Counted from the stretch's first letter, positions 30,301-41,383 are shown. The stretch: 64,000 nt of DNA from Synechococcus sp. (GCA_051439605.1 JBFRWN010000077.1:1-64000); one strand, 5' to 3'. The notes: generated by a model not told the origin, from the sequence alone. Numbers and translations: made by a program.

Positions 30301-31467
30301 ATGGCCGATATTGGTATTCTGACAGCCCAAGCCCAGGATCGTCGTCGCGGCCAAATTCACGTTTATGACGGCGACGGCAAGGGTAAGTCTCAGGCAGCAT
30401 TAGGGGTAGTCTTGCGCTCGATTGGCTTAGGAATTGAAGACCAAGTCCCCAGCCGCGTACTGTTGATGCGGTTTTTAAAAGGGCCAGGTCGCCAGTATGC
30501 CGAGGACGCGGCGATCGAAGCACTGCAGCGAGGGTTTCCCCACCTGATTGACCAGTTACGGACGGGGCGAGGGGAATATTTTGACGAGAGTGGCATTACC
30601 AAGTTTGACCGTCAAGAGGCTCGACGGGGTTGGGATGTAGCAAAAGGGGCGTTGGCTTCAGGCTTTTATTCGGTGGTGGTGCTAGATGAACTGAACCCCG
30701 TTCTCGATCTCGGTCTGCTCCCCATTGATGAGGTGGTCAGCACCCTGAGACACAAGCCCAATCAACTGGAGGTAATTGTGACGGGGCGGGGGGCACCCGA
30801 GCCGCTGATTGAGATTGCCGATTTACATTCGGAAATGCGTCCTGTGCGGGCGGCTGGTGATGCACACAATATATTCCTGAATGGCAATGGAAACGGGAAT
30901 AGCCGCCATCACTCGTTTAGCGGCATCGAGATTTATACGGGAGCCGGTAAAGGCAAGTCTACGAGTGCTCTCGGGCGAGCATTACAGGCGATTGGTCGCG
31001 GGATCAGCAAGGATTTATCCCATCGCGTGTTAATTATGCAGTGGCTGAAGGGGGGATCGGGCTACACGGAGGATGCCGCAATTCGCGCCCTGCGGGAAAC
31101 GTACCCCGAATTGGTGGACCATCAGCGCTGCGGTCGCGATGCGATCGTATGGCGGGGTAAGCAGCAGGAAATCGACTATGTGGAGGCCGAGCGCGGTTGG
31201 GAGCTGGCTAAGGCTGCGATTACGTCTGGTCTGTACAAGACGATTATTTTGGATGAGTTGAACCCCACAGTAGATCTAGAACTCCTGGAATCAGAACCGA
31301 TAGTACAGGCGCTGCTGCGCAAACCCAAAGATACCGAGGTGATTATTACAGGGCGCTGTCACGATACGCTGCCCTACTTTGACCTAGCCACGGTGCATTC
31401 GGAAATGGTATGTCACAAGCATTATGCCGAGCACGGGGCAGATTTGAAGCGAGGGGTTGATTATTAA
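30301..31467 (+). CDS. cobO: Cob(I)yrinic acid a,c-diamide adenosyltransferase, tandem two-domain cyanobacterial form
   Basis: Two G.GKGKS P-loops, two LDELN and TGR motifs. Confidence 0.9.
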   Translation: MADIGILTAQAQDRRRGQIHVYDGDGKGKSQAALGVVLRSIGLGIEDQVPSRVLLMRFLKGPGRQYAEDAAIEALQRGFPHLIDQLRTGRGEYFDESGITKFDRQEARRGWDVAKGALASGFYSVVVLDELNPVLDLGLLPIDEVVSTLRHKPNQLEVIVTGRGAPEPLIEIADLHSEMRPVRAAGDAHNIFLNGNGNGNSRHHSFSGIEIYTGAGKGKSTSALGRALQAIGRGISKDLSHRVLIMQWLKGGSGYTEDAAIRALRETYPELVDHQRCGRDAIVWRGKQQEIDYVEAERGWELAKAAITSGLYKTIILDELNPTVDLELLESEPIVQALLRKPKDTEVIITGRCHDTLPYFDLATVHSEMVCHKHYAEHGADLKRGVDY

Positions 31468-32006
31468 GAGCGCAACGATCCTTGAGATACCTGAGGCTCA
31501 GGAATTTGAAGGGGGTAGCCGATCGCGATCTCTCGAATAGTGGATAGAAGGAAGTCTGCGGCTGACAGCTTAGTTTCGCGATCGCCTTCAACCCACCCCA
31601 AAACCACCTGGGGATTTTTCCAGAGTTGCAGATGCTCCACCGCCGGATCGGCACAAAACAGCTGCTGTCCGCCACCAAACGCCAGCGCATTTAAGTGCGT
31701 TATCCAATCATGGCTGAGGCGAAATACGGGAACGCGATCGCTCGTCCACACACACCAACCATCCACTAGGACTTTTGCGACCACCTGCGGAGTCTGTAAC
31801 ACCGCCACCCGCACGGCTCCATAGCTAAACCCGATCGCCACACAACCGCAATCGAGAAGAGACAATTGCTTCTCCGATGGCTCCCACAAAATCTCCCAGT
31901 CAGGGTCTCGATGCGCTGCCAAAAACTGTCGGAATCGTTGATTCGCCAATCGCGCTCCAGGGAAAAACTCTGCCCCTCCAAACACAGCGATCGCGATCTT
32001 GACCAT
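31464..32006 (-). CDS. Hypothetical alpha/beta-hydrolase-like protein
   Basis: IGFSYG, VDGW, RLSHD..TH, V.HLQLW..P. Confidence 0.7.
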   Translation of the reverse strand: MVKIAIAVFGGAEFFPGARLANQRFRQFLAAHRDPDWEILWEPSEKQLSLLDCGCVAIGFSYGAVRVAVLQTPQVVAKVLVDGWCVWTSDRVPVFRLSHDWITHLNALAFGGGQQLFCADPAVEHLQLWKNPQVVLGWVEGDRETKLSAADFLLSTIREIAIGYPLQIPEPQVSQGSLRS

Positions 32007-32078
32007 ACAATCTTCCCTATGCCCTCCACTTTTACCCCACGACTGTTAAGCTGACATCGTTTTGCATCGAGATGAGCA

Positions 32079-32846
32079 ATGGAATGGCGATCGCTGGCGG
32101 ATAACTGGCTGCTGCAACCACAGTCCCCAAAAGGAATCGTGCATTTTCTGGGTGGGGCATTTGTCGGAGCAACCCCTCATATTGTTTACGATGCCCTGCT
32201 ATCTAGTTTGGCAAAAGCAGGTTATCTAGTGGTCGCCACATCTTACGTGACTGACCCAAACCACCGCCGGATTGCATCTCAAATCGCATCCGACTTTCAG
32301 ACTGCTTTGGCAGCACTGTCGACTGCTCAAGATCTTCCCATCTTTGGACTGGGACACAGTTTGGGTTGCAAGCTGCATATTCTTAACAGCTGCCAGGAGG
32401 TTACTATCCCATCGCCATCAAGACGAGCGGGCAATATACTGATGGCTTACAGTAATGCTAGTTTCCGGGGAGATTTACCGAAATGGATGCCATTGGAGTT
32501 CCAACCATCTCCTGAGGAGACTGAAGCCCTGATCGATCGCTACTACGCGCTGAACCGAACCTTATTAGTGAAGTTCGAGAGGGACAGCATCGATGACATC
32601 GCAGCTCTGAATCAGCAACTAGCTCAAAAGTTAGGCTCCTTTTTGGACTATCAATTAATGCCTGGGGATCACGGAACTTGTGCAGGGGGACGCTATCCTC
32701 TCCCAACCAGCCAAGAATTTAGTCCCCTGGATGCGATTGGGCAGTATTTGTATCAAAGTCTGACCCAAGAGAATCAAATGCTTCATAGCGTTGTGCGCAT
32801 GTGGCTGGATCGTCAGCTCCAGCTCCTACGTAGCACGGTAGATTAA
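32079..32846 (+). CDS. DUF1350 family hydrolase-fold protein
   Basis: HFLGGAFVG..P, GHSLGCKLH, EF.PSP.ET. Confidence 0.85.
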   Translation: MEWRSLADNWLLQPQSPKGIVHFLGGAFVGATPHIVYDALLSSLAKAGYLVVATSYVTDPNHRRIASQIASDFQTALAALSTAQDLPIFGLGHSLGCKLHILNSCQEVTIPSPSRRAGNILMAYSNASFRGDLPKWMPLEFQPSPEETEALIDRYYALNRTLLVKFERDSIDDIAALNQQLAQKLGSFLDYQLMPGDHGTCAGGRYPLPTSQEFSPLDAIGQYLYQSLTQENQMLHSVVRMWLDRQLQLLRSTVD

Positions 32847-32963
32847 GGTCCTTATCTGAAAGAACCTAAGTTCACTCTAAGCAGCTCTTTTCGTCTGCTC
32901 AACGAGACAATCAGGATCTATGGCAGGGGGAGAATCAGAGCGTCAGCTTGAGTCAAGCTCAGG

Positions 32964-33944
32964 TTAGGTCATGATAGCGGTTAGAAACGGCTCTAATCTG
33001 ATAAAGAGGGGACCCATAAGGCGATCCATGAGTCTTGCGACCTTAGGTTTTCCAAGCAAGGGAACCCATCTTGCAATCGCATTTTGAATGGGCTTCCACG
33101 CTAAGCATCGGTGTTTGTTAACGAATTTCAGCTTCCTTTCGCTATAGCTGTTCTTCAAGGGAAGATTCCATTTCTCACTGAAGCGATCTACGGTCTCTCG
33201 GGCAGCTGACTCATTCCAACGCCAAAGGAAGAATGGCAAGTCCCCCATCGCAAAGGGAGGGGGGGTAACGTAAGTGACCCTGGATGATGGATCCACGTAG
33301 ATTTCTTCGCCTGATTCTCGAACGCTCAAGGCAAAATCGAGATGTTCGTTGGAAGTTTTGAGTCCCTCGTCGAAAGGTCCTAGTTTTTCAAAAGCAATGG
33401 TTTTCGCCAAAGTACAATGGAATTCAATCGTTTCAGTTTTCTGTCGCTGTAAATTCGACGAGATCGAAGAAAGCTTCCTGCCACGATACAGATGCCGTTC
33501 GTAAAATTCCCGTTGGCCTCCTTCTTCTCGAAAATGAGCAAGTCCTCCAAACATGTGGATCGTTTCATCTTTGGGGTCTCCCTCAAAGTACAGGGGGCCA
33601 ACAACCCAAGCTCCTGTTTCATCAGAACATCGAATTAATGCCCGCAACCAACCGGGGCTTACTACAAGGTCATTATCAACGAAAACAACATACTCTGTTG
33701 TGACGTGAGGTAAGCTTAAATTCCTTGCTTGATTGGGTCTCAAATAGTGGTTCTTTCGTATAAGCTTGAAGCCTTTCTCCTTAGAAGAGACCTCTAAATA
33801 GCGCTTAATGCCGCGAGGAGAGCCTCCATCTATGTAGATTAAGTCAAACGGGACTTCTGTATTCTCGTAAATGCTATTTAAAGATTTTTCCGTGTAGTTA
33901 AATCTCTCACGGGGGGAAACAACAATAGTTACTCTCGGCCGCAT
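32964..33944 (-). CDS. Glycosyltransferase family 2
   Basis: VTIVV.PRERF, ARN, FVDND, EHLDF. Confidence 0.88.
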   Translation of the reverse strand: MRPRVTIVVSPRERFNYTEKSLNSIYENTEVPFDLIYIDGGSPRGIKRYLEVSSKEKGFKLIRKNHYLRPNQARNLSLPHVTTEYVVFVDNDLVVSPGWLRALIRCSDETGAWVVGPLYFEGDPKDETIHMFGGLAHFREEGGQREFYERHLYRGRKLSSISSNLQRQKTETIEFHCTLAKTIAFEKLGPFDEGLKTSNEHLDFALSVRESGEEIYVDPSSRVTYVTPPPFAMGDLPFFLWRWNESAARETVDRFSEKWNLPLKNSYSERKLKFVNKHRCLAWKPIQNAIARWVPLLGKPKVARLMDRLMGPLFIRLEPFLTAIMT

Positions 33945-34162
33945 GAACCCAACCTAATTAAAAATACTGGTGCAACGAATCAAAAAATCACTAGAAATAA
34001 AATCTATCAGTATAAAAATATATTTATTTATGTGTCATCTTCAGTATAAACACTAGTTTATATTTGTCAAGTAAGTGTTCTACAACAGACACTAAGATAC
34101 TCTGTATACTTTTGATGGTCGAGTCATATCAACCTCATACATCAGGAAAGTCGTTTTTTGCT

Positions 34163-35161
34163 ATGCCAAGTCAGACAGTTTTTGAAAGCGATCTTCGCAC
34201 CGCCAAGTCCTCGTGTTTGGTCTCGGTCATCATGCCTGCCTATAACGTTGAGAGGTACTTGATGCAGGCGGTAAAGTCTATCCTTAACCAAACACACAAC
34301 AATCTAGAGCTTATTATTGTCGATGATTGCTCGCTGGATTCCACTTTGGAGTTGGCCCACGCCTGTGCGAAGGAGGATGCTCGGGTAAAAGTAATTGCAA
34401 ACTCTGCGAACCAAGGGGCAGCTGTTGCCCGAAATTTAGCTTTGGATGCAGCTTCTGGTGACTGGGTCGCGATTGTCGATTCCGATGATTGGCTGTCTTC
34501 CCAACGATTGGAGGTATTGCTGCAGAAGGCTGAGGAAAGTTCTGCTGACTTGATGGCGGATGATTTTGGATACGTAAATGATGGAGAAAAACTGCCTAGG
34601 ACAACGTTTGTCGAGCGCAACGGCGATGTCTACAGTAAAGGGCTGACTCAAATTGAAACAATGTTCTACGTCGATTCCAAGCATTGGACGGTCAGTCCCG
34701 GCATCCTCAAGCCCTTAGTGCGCCGATCGTTTATCGAAGAACAATGCATTCGCTACAAAGATGAAATTCGTCTGGGACAAGATTTCTTCTTTTACCTAGA
34801 TTGCTTGATTCGCGGGGCACGTTTTTTCATTTACCCAGAGGTCCATTATTACTATCGTATTCGTTCCAGTTCGGTCACTAATCTTAGTAAGGTCAAGCAT
34901 GCAAATTACAGAATCAAGGGACTGACTCAAGTTCTAGCTTCCGATCAATTGCTAGGCGAACCCGAGCTGTATCGAGCTTTGCTCAACAAACGCAATAATT
35001 TCCAAATGTGGCGTGAGACACTATCGGTGAGAGATCGACTTCGGAACAAGCGGTACCTTTCAGCAATGGCAATGGCGGCGAGAAATCCTGGTGTCTTAGT
35101 TAGGTTAACCGAGGGACTCCAAAAGCATTTTCAGGGTAGGGACCTTAGACGAGCTAGTTAG
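34163..35161 (+). CDS. Glycosyltransferase family 2
   Basis: VSVIMPAYN, IVDDCS.D, ARN, VDSDD; start uncertain (34115 or 34163). Confidence 0.9.
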   Translation: MPSQTVFESDLRTAKSSCLVSVIMPAYNVERYLMQAVKSILNQTHNNLELIIVDDCSLDSTLELAHACAKEDARVKVIANSANQGAAVARNLALDAASGDWVAIVDSDDWLSSQRLEVLLQKAEESSADLMADDFGYVNDGEKLPRTTFVERNGDVYSKGLTQIETMFYVDSKHWTVSPGILKPLVRRSFIEEQCIRYKDEIRLGQDFFFYLDCLIRGARFFIYPEVHYYYRIRSSSVTNLSKVKHANYRIKGLTQVLASDQLLGEPELYRALLNKRNNFQMWRETLSVRDRLRNKRYLSAMAMAARNPGVLVRLTEGLQKHFQGRDLRRAS

Positions 35162-35381
35162 AGAGCTAGCGAAAGCCCATAATGTTGACGATTACAAGCA
35201 TTAAAGTTCAGTCCTGTTTTAGAAAGATGCTGAACAGTAATCATAAGGAAGAAACACTATCGGAAAGCGATATATTCGAAAGTTCTAACGTGTTTATCAA
35301 ATATCTTTCACGTAGATAATGCAGAAGTAGTAATAGCAATAAAGTTCGTTAAACTCAAAACCTCATTACTTCCGACTTCGA

Positions 35382-38300
35382 TTATATAAACTGAATTCTA
35401 TAGGTTTTAATTTCAAAAGAGCTAAAATGGCAGCTAAATCTGCTGTTCTCGAATGGCAGAAACTCTTGCCCATGTTCCAATAAATTACAGCGTTGAACGG
35501 CTGCGATCGCCCATTTTAGCCGCACCGTTGCTTTAACAGATAATCCGTGTGCTTCGTACAGTCGTAGAATCCACGCCAACCCATCCTGCGATCGTTTAAA
35601 CGCTGCCATCACAATATTGTCAGCATCAACCTCCAATACAGCTCCAGCCCCTATCCACTTTCCACTCAAAGCCACAAGTGGGTGATTGAGTTCGTACCCT
35701 CGTCGGACAACACCCGCCATTCGCCAATCTCCCTCGTGAGGTAAAACACAGTAGGTGAACTCGTGCAGACCCAAATCGGAAGTGGGGTGGGGCCAAGTGG
35801 GGGACTTGAGTAACGTTATTCGCAAGCAACCTGGCTGAGCATCGTAGCCATATTTGCAGTCGTTGAGCACCGCCAACCCCATGCTCTCAGCAGCCATATC
35901 TGCCCACCGCAGAGCGGGTACCTCCCACTTGGCAGCCTCCATCGCAGTTGCGCGCATCGTACTCCGGGCGATCGCCCCAAACGGGATTTCGTAGGTGGCG
36001 GTAGGTGCGGTGAAACTTAGCGGAAATGCAGCCTTGAGCAGAGTGTGGGTATCCTGCCAGTCCAACTGTGTATGAACGAAAAGCTGTGGATTACCAGCCT
36101 CTAGCCGTAGGGTTTGAACGATCGTCGATTGCCGAAATAGGCGAACAATGCGGACAGAACCGCGTAGTGGACCAGTTTCAACCACTTCTCGTGATATTAG
36201 TTTGAATTCTGGCAGAGGGTTAGAGTCGTAATCCGGATCGATGTTCCAAGCGTCCCAGTATTGACCGCGATCCTCAAAACATTGCAGCGTGGCGGGAGCG
36301 GAGAGTAACGGGCGTTGGGTGCGTTTATCGAATATCTGCAGGATGTTACCAGAGGCTGGATCGATTTGGACACTGACGAGCGCATTTTCCAGGAGATCGC
36401 GGTCTACCCGTATATCTGAGGCAACAGGCACATCCATAAGCCGACCGATCTGCTCGTAGCAGGCAGCCCCCAGACTGGGTACCGTCGCCCGAAACAGAAT
36501 TCCCCCATCCACTTGCTGAATCGGCAGCACCGCTTGAGTTTGCAGATCCCGCAGGGCGTAAACATCTTCCTCTGTAACCAGCATCACCAGCTGAGATCGC
36601 TCCCAATTCAAACCATTCCACAAACAGATTCGCTCGCCAGACGCCTCTGCCAAGAGAGGCGCAACCTGTTGCTGACAAATCTCGCGCACCGTTACGTCAG
36701 CCCGATCGGCATCCTCAAAGACTTCTGGAATCGCCGTTCCAGGCAAAATATCGTGAAACTGGTTGGTTAAAAACTGCTGCCAAGCATCAGTCAACGGCTT
36801 CTGAGGATACTCTAGGTATTTCTCGATCGCCGCGATCGATCTCAAACATTCCACGGTTCCCAGCAACACTTCGAGCTGTCGGTTTTGCCGCTTGCGATCG
36901 CCTTTAGTGGTATAAGTACCGCGATGCAGCTCCAAATACAGCTCGTCATCCCACACCGGCAGTTCCAGGAAAGGCAACGACTGTTGCAGGTGATCGAGAA
37001 ATTGGTCGATGGTGCCAGGTTCCAGCACAAAAAACAGGTCATCCCTGGCCCAACTTCGGGCCACATTGAGCATGTCCGCTGTCGGTCCGCCACCGTGGTC
37101 CCCCACACCGTACAGCCAGACCACCTCCGACAATTCATGATTGTCTCGTAACAGTGTCGAGTATTGGGCGATCGCCTCCGGATCGACACCCTGTCCAATA
37201 TCGTTCGAGAAATACGTCAGGATGCGGGAGCCATCTAACCCCTGCCACCAAAATACCTGATGAGGAAATGGGTTGCTGTCATTCCAGGTCAGCTTCTGAG
37301 TGATGAAAATTTCAAACCCACTTTGGCGCAAAATTTGGGGCAGTTGCCAACAAAATCCAAAACTGTCGGGATTCCAAGCTACGCGAATCGGGCGATCGCT
37401 CAACCCCTTGAAATATTCCTTACCATACAAAATTTGCCGCACCAACGATTCACCGATAGGGAGGTTGCAATCTGGCTCTACCCACATGCCACCGGTGATT
37501 TCCCACCACCCCCGATCGATCGCCTGTTTCACTTTCTCTAGCAGGGATGGATATTTCTCCTCAAGCCACCAATAGGACAGTGCCGTACTTTGGTTGAAGG
37601 TCATGCGGGGAAACTGCCTTTGCAGGTGTAATACCGACTCAAAGGTACGTCTAACCACCTCTCGCGTTTCGGAAATGGGCCACAGCCAAGCCACATCAAT
37701 GTGGGCATTCCCCAACAGCATGACTCGCCGCTGCTTTAACCTCTGCCCTAACGGCAACAGCTCCTGGCGCAGTTCCGCCAATTGTTGCCACACCTCCCCA
37801 GTCACCTCGCGGTTCAGCAGGTGATGCAACCGCCCTAACCATGCCGCTCCATCCCAAATCCCCAGCCAATCCCCCCGACAGATCCACAGCACCGCCAGCT
37901 CGTCAGCAAATCGCCCCGGATCGCAGGCACGCTCTGGATACTCGATCTCGATCTGAGATGTCTGCAATGCTCCATCGTCATGTCCGGGGCTTTGCAGCCG
38001 CACCTCCACTTGAAATGACTGCCCGGGACGGGCATCCCCCGTCAACAACAGGCGGCAATCGCGATCGAACAGATCCCCTTCATACCTGAGATTGCCATTC
38101 ACCCATATTTCCCCCCAGTCCGCCCACCAAGCTAATTTGATTCGGATCGCAGCACCAGCCAGCGGTAACTCCTGCAGCGTCCGCGGAATCTCCCAGTTGA
38201 CTGTAAACTGCTGCCGCTGGTCCCGAACCCACATCCAAATTTGGCGGGCCTCTTCGATCCAAGCGGAGTGCTCACCTCGACTATCGCGCACATCCCACAG

Positions 38301-38423
38301 AGACATCAGCTGGATCCGCGACCAACGGCGCAACGCCGCGATTGCCATCTGCCATTCTTGTTCGAACTGATTTAAAGGCTCAGACTTATCTAGAGGTTCA
38401 ACCACGCCGCCGCCAGGATACAC
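35382..38423 (-). CDS. Alpha-mannosidase (GH38)
   Basis: AHIDVAWLW, GGMWVEPD, W.PDSFG, GDHGGGPT, ELYLELHRG, QFHDILPG. Confidence 0.95.
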   Translation of the reverse strand: MYPGGGVVEPLDKSEPLNQFEQEWQMAIAALRRWSRIQLMSLWDVRDSRGEHSAWIEEARQIWMWVRDQRQQFTVNWEIPRTLQELPLAGAAIRIKLAWWADWGEIWVNGNLRYEGDLFDRDCRLLLTGDARPGQSFQVEVRLQSPGHDDGALQTSQIEIEYPERACDPGRFADELAVLWICRGDWLGIWDGAAWLGRLHHLLNREVTGEVWQQLAELRQELLPLGQRLKQRRVMLLGNAHIDVAWLWPISETREVVRRTFESVLHLQRQFPRMTFNQSTALSYWWLEEKYPSLLEKVKQAIDRGWWEITGGMWVEPDCNLPIGESLVRQILYGKEYFKGLSDRPIRVAWNPDSFGFCWQLPQILRQSGFEIFITQKLTWNDSNPFPHQVFWWQGLDGSRILTYFSNDIGQGVDPEAIAQYSTLLRDNHELSEVVWLYGVGDHGGGPTADMLNVARSWARDDLFFVLEPGTIDQFLDHLQQSLPFLELPVWDDELYLELHRGTYTTKGDRKRQNRQLEVLLGTVECLRSIAAIEKYLEYPQKPLTDAWQQFLTNQFHDILPGTAIPEVFEDADRADVTVREICQQQVAPLLAEASGERICLWNGLNWERSQLVMLVTEEDVYALRDLQTQAVLPIQQVDGGILFRATVPSLGAACYEQIGRLMDVPVASDIRVDRDLLENALVSVQIDPASGNILQIFDKRTQRPLLSAPATLQCFEDRGQYWDAWNIDPDYDSNPLPEFKLISREVVETGPLRGSVRIVRLFRQSTIVQTLRLEAGNPQLFVHTQLDWQDTHTLLKAAFPLSFTAPTATYEIPFGAIARSTMRATAMEAAKWEVPALRWADMAAESMGLAVLNDCKYGYDAQPGCLRITLLKSPTWPHPTSDLGLHEFTYCVLPHEGDWRMAGVVRRGYELNHPLVALSGKWIGAGAVLEVDADNIVMAAFKRSQDGLAWILRLYEAHGLSVKATVRLKWAIAAVQRCNLLEHGQEFLPFENSRFSCHFSSFEIKTYRIQFI

Positions 38424-38557
38424 CCGCCGTCCAGCCTAGCCTCCGAACAGCCCATACCCCACTCGCCTTTAAGGCGATCGCCCAGAAAGCGATCGCCCAG
38501 GAACAAATGATTGTCACTAACAATATGGGCGACGGGTTAATTGCCGCACGCGCTCAT

Positions 38558-38998
38558 CTACGCCCGGACTTCGCGTACGGCGCGACGCAAGAGGCCCAGA
38601 CGAATCCATTCAATACATTCTTGTTCGGTGGGAAAAAGCTTTGGAGCAGCAATATTATTAAGCCCGTAAGGAGCGTAGTGATCGTAGTAGTACTTCCCTG
38701 CCGCTTTGTATAAAACTACAAGATTATTTAAATAGGTGTAGCGGTGACGGAAATACTGCTCTGGACCACCCACAGCGTCAGCCTTATCCAAGTGGGCTTT
38801 AGCCGCCTGGACTACCTCATAAGGATCTTCAGTGAAGCAACCCGCGGGATTTTCAGCTTTATGCCACTGATGTTGGTAACCGTATCCAGCTAGCAAGACA
38901 TAGGAATAAAGCGATCTTCCTGAAAGATTACCGGCAAGGAAGGGAATAATAAGAAAGCCACGATGGGCAACCGACTTTTCATACAGATACCGTTCCAT
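38558..38998 (-). CDS. Conserved cyanobacterial hypothetical protein
   Basis: YEKSV..RGFLIIPF, HKAENPA, YYDHYAP..LNNIAAPKLF; ATG 38998. Confidence 0.75.
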   Translation of the reverse strand: MERYLYEKSVAHRGFLIIPFLAGNLSGRSLYSYVLLAGYGYQHQWHKAENPAGCFTEDPYEVVQAAKAHLDKADAVGGPEQYFRHRYTYLNNLVVLYKAAGKYYYDHYAPYGLNNIAAPKLFPTEQECIEWIRLGLLRRAVREVRA

Positions 38999-39166
38999 AG
39001 CCTCTGTCCCCGTACCTACCGCAATCTGAAATAACTGAAATAACCCGCCGTCCAATTAAACTTTTGGACGGCTGTTAGTATTTCCACAATAGTACAAACC
39101 CCTACATAACATCGCGCATTCTCAGTATTTCTTCTTAGATTGAATGTCTTTCCCTGAAGGATTGGA

Positions 39167-39188
39167 AGTATTTTATACATAAAATACT
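39167..39188. promoter_or_regulatory. Perfect 10-2-10 palindrome, candidate operator
   Basis: AGTATTTTAT-AC-ATAAAATACT in an AT-rich upstream region. Confidence 0.45.
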
Positions 39189-39318
39189 GATATATTCGCA
39201 GGACTGAGCAATCTCATTACGCAATATCACTGATAACAGCAGTCAATCCGCTGAGCATGGTCATCACCCCACCCCCATACGGGAGCTGGGGCTGGTGCCG
39301 TACAGGAGATAGCTTGAG

Positions 39319-39888
39319 CTATAAATCTCGATAAAAGATTAAGGCATCAATAAAACACCCATTATCGAGCTGTACGGCATTGGGAATGCAACCAAGTTTG
39401 GTAAAGCCCAGTGACTTCCAAATTGCAATTGACGCACGATTCGTTGCAAACACTAAGTTGAACATAATCCCCCGGTAGCCCAGTTGCTTGGCTAAGGGCA
39501 AAGCCGATGTCCCCATGAACCGACCAATACCTTGTCCACGGTAGGCGGGCTGCACGATAAATCCCGCATTACAAATGTGGCTTCCGCGCCCAATGAAATT
39601 GGGCTTGATGTAAAACGCCCCCAAGATTGAATCATCCCCCCGTACCACGTAAGCTCGACCAGCCAACCAGTAAGCAGCAAACTCGCTCTCAGACAGAGGA
39701 CTCTGTTGGGGGTAGGAGTCTCCTTCCATCACCACTAGGTTGAACAAGCTGTAGACAGAGGGGATCTCCTGCTCGCGCATCTCGTTTAACTCAACGGTCA
39801 ATTGACTCTTGAGCTTGGTTTGCAGAGGCAGTTGTATCGTCATCTCCGGGGCTGCGGTAACTGTTATTTGAGTGAGAGCGATCGCCAT
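39319..39888 (-). CDS. GNAT family N-acetyltransferase
   Basis: KPNF.GRGSHICNAGF, RGQGIG, FNLVFATN..S...W..LGF; start may be 39843. Confidence 0.9.
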   Translation of the reverse strand: MAIALTQITVTAAPEMTIQLPLQTKLKSQLTVELNEMREQEIPSVYSLFNLVVMEGDSYPQQSPLSESEFAAYWLAGRAYVVRGDDSILGAFYIKPNFIGRGSHICNAGFIVQPAYRGQGIGRFMGTSALPLAKQLGYRGIMFNLVFATNRASIAIWKSLGFTKLGCIPNAVQLDNGCFIDALIFYRDL

Positions 39889-40032
39889 AAGTCACAAAGC
39901 ATTCCAGTATGGACTTCCCAGCAATCGCAAAAGGAGATTTTTGCGTGCAAGATATCACTCTTACGAAAAAACGACCCAACCGCAGTTGCAGTAGGTCGCT
40001 GAAAATCAGCCAAGACAATTGTCTAAGCCCAA

Positions 40033-40112
40033 TGCGGACGGAGGGACTCGAACCCTCATGGTTGCCCACACGCCCCTCAAGCGTGCGCGTATACCGATTC
40101 CGCCACGTCCGC
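40033..40112 (-). tRNA. trnL: tRNA-Leu(GAG)
   Basis: GCGGACG acceptor stem, CACGC-TTGAGGG-GCGTG anticodon arm, variable arm, GGTTCGAGTCC T arm; CCA not encoded. Confidence 0.96.
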
Positions 40113-40215
40113 AGCAGAAGCAAGCATAACATCGAAGAGACTGACTTAGCCACCGAACTACTAATATCCTGAAATGGGAGACAATCTTGCTCTATCCCCC
40201 AATTTTGAAGACACC

Positions 40216-40521
40216 ATGCAAAACCTGTTTGCCCTATCCCTATTCCCTTACCTAGCCTTTTTGTATTTTCTGACCCGTACCCCCTCAACCCCCCGAATCG
40301 CCCTCTGGGGGTTTTACCTCCTGCTAGTATTTGTTGCAATCACCATTCCAGCTGGCATTTATTCCAAAGTTCATTACGGAACTTCACTGGCTAACGTCGA
40401 TTGGCTGCATGGGGGGGCTGAAAGCTTTTTGACCCTCTCCAATATCGTAGTGGTGCTGGGGTTTAGGCAAGCGTTAGCAGTCCAGCAAATCCCTCCATCG
40501 GACATCGCCAAACCAGACTAA
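40216..40521 (+). CDS. DUF3593 / Ycf49-like small membrane protein
   Basis: LFALSLFPYLAFL, LANVDWLHGGAESFLTLSN. Confidence 0.85.
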   Translation: MQNLFALSLFPYLAFLYFLTRTPSTPRIALWGFYLLLVFVAITIPAGIYSKVHYGTSLANVDWLHGGAESFLTLSNIVVVLGFRQALAVQQIPPSDIAKPD

Positions 40522-40624
40522 ATTTTCGATCGAGGCTCAATCTGGGAGCAACAAAAGATTTCGATCGCCTAGAAGCATAGGACCGCTCAGCTATCCAGGA
40601 CCCTAACTTTGCTAGATGGCGCCT

Positions 40625-41383
40625 TTATAAAGAGCTAGCGTTGAGGCTATCGGCTTCTCCTTGAGTGAGTGGCAAATGCAGACCGCATTCCTGTTTCAAA
40701 CCATGGAAACGGGTATCCCGCTCGTTTTCGTTCCCCTGCTGCGGGCGGCTAGTATGCCAATCGCCCACAGTGGTATAGCCCAGATCGAAGAGGGGGTGAT
40801 AGGGCAAGTTGTGAGCAGTTAAATATTGGTAAATATCTCTGGCGTTCCAGTGCAGGATGGGATGGACTTTGCAGATGTCAGACTGAACTTCAACCCGCTT
40901 CAGGGTCTTGCGATGATCGGTTTGGTCAGCCCGCAACCCCGCCAGCCAAGCCTGAGCTTTAAGCTCACCTAGCGCCCGCCACATGGGCTCAACTTTGCGA
41001 ATTTGGTTGTAGCGCTCTAGGGATTCGAGGGTGTTGTCCTCCCACAGACGCCCGTACAGCGTTTCCATACGGGCGGGACTGATGGGGGACTGGTAAACCT
41101 TGATATTGAGTTTGAGAAGCTCGATAAGCTCCTCTGCAAACTGATAGGTCTCAGGGGGCAAGTATCCGGTATCCACCCAAATCACGGGGATATTGGGCAC
41201 AATTTGCGTCACGAGGTGGAGCATCACCGCAGCTTGGATGCCAAAACTGCTGCTCATCACCAGGCGATCGCCAAACTTTTTGACCACCCACTCCACAACT
41301 TGTACGGCGGTTGCATCGGATAACTCTTGGTTAGCCGTATCGAGGTCGATGGAGAACTGGCGTTCGAGGGGCTTCGAAATCAT
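40625..41383 (-). CDS. cysH: Phosphoadenosine phosphosulfate reductase
   Basis: [24 protein letters not shown]; no Fe-S CC/CxxC motif. Confidence 0.95.
   Translation of the reverse strand: MISKPLERQFSIDLDTANQELSDATAVQVVEWVVKKFGDRLVMSSSFGIQAAVMLHLVTQIVPNIPVIWVDTGYLPPETYQFAEELIELLKLNIKVYQSPISPARMETLYGRLWEDNTLESLERYNQIRKVEPMWRALGELKAQAWLAGLRADQTDHRKTLKRVEVQSDICKVHPILHWNARDIYQYLTAHNLPYHPLFDLGYTTVGDWHTSRPQQGNENERDTRFHGLKQECGLHLPLTQGEADSLNASSL

Noticed and set aside
30301..31467. Internal duplication in cobO
   Set aside because: The two-domain form is the usual cyanobacterial architecture.
39890..40033. Island integrated at the tRNA-Leu 3' end
   Set aside because: No integrase and no duplicated tRNA 3' end seen.
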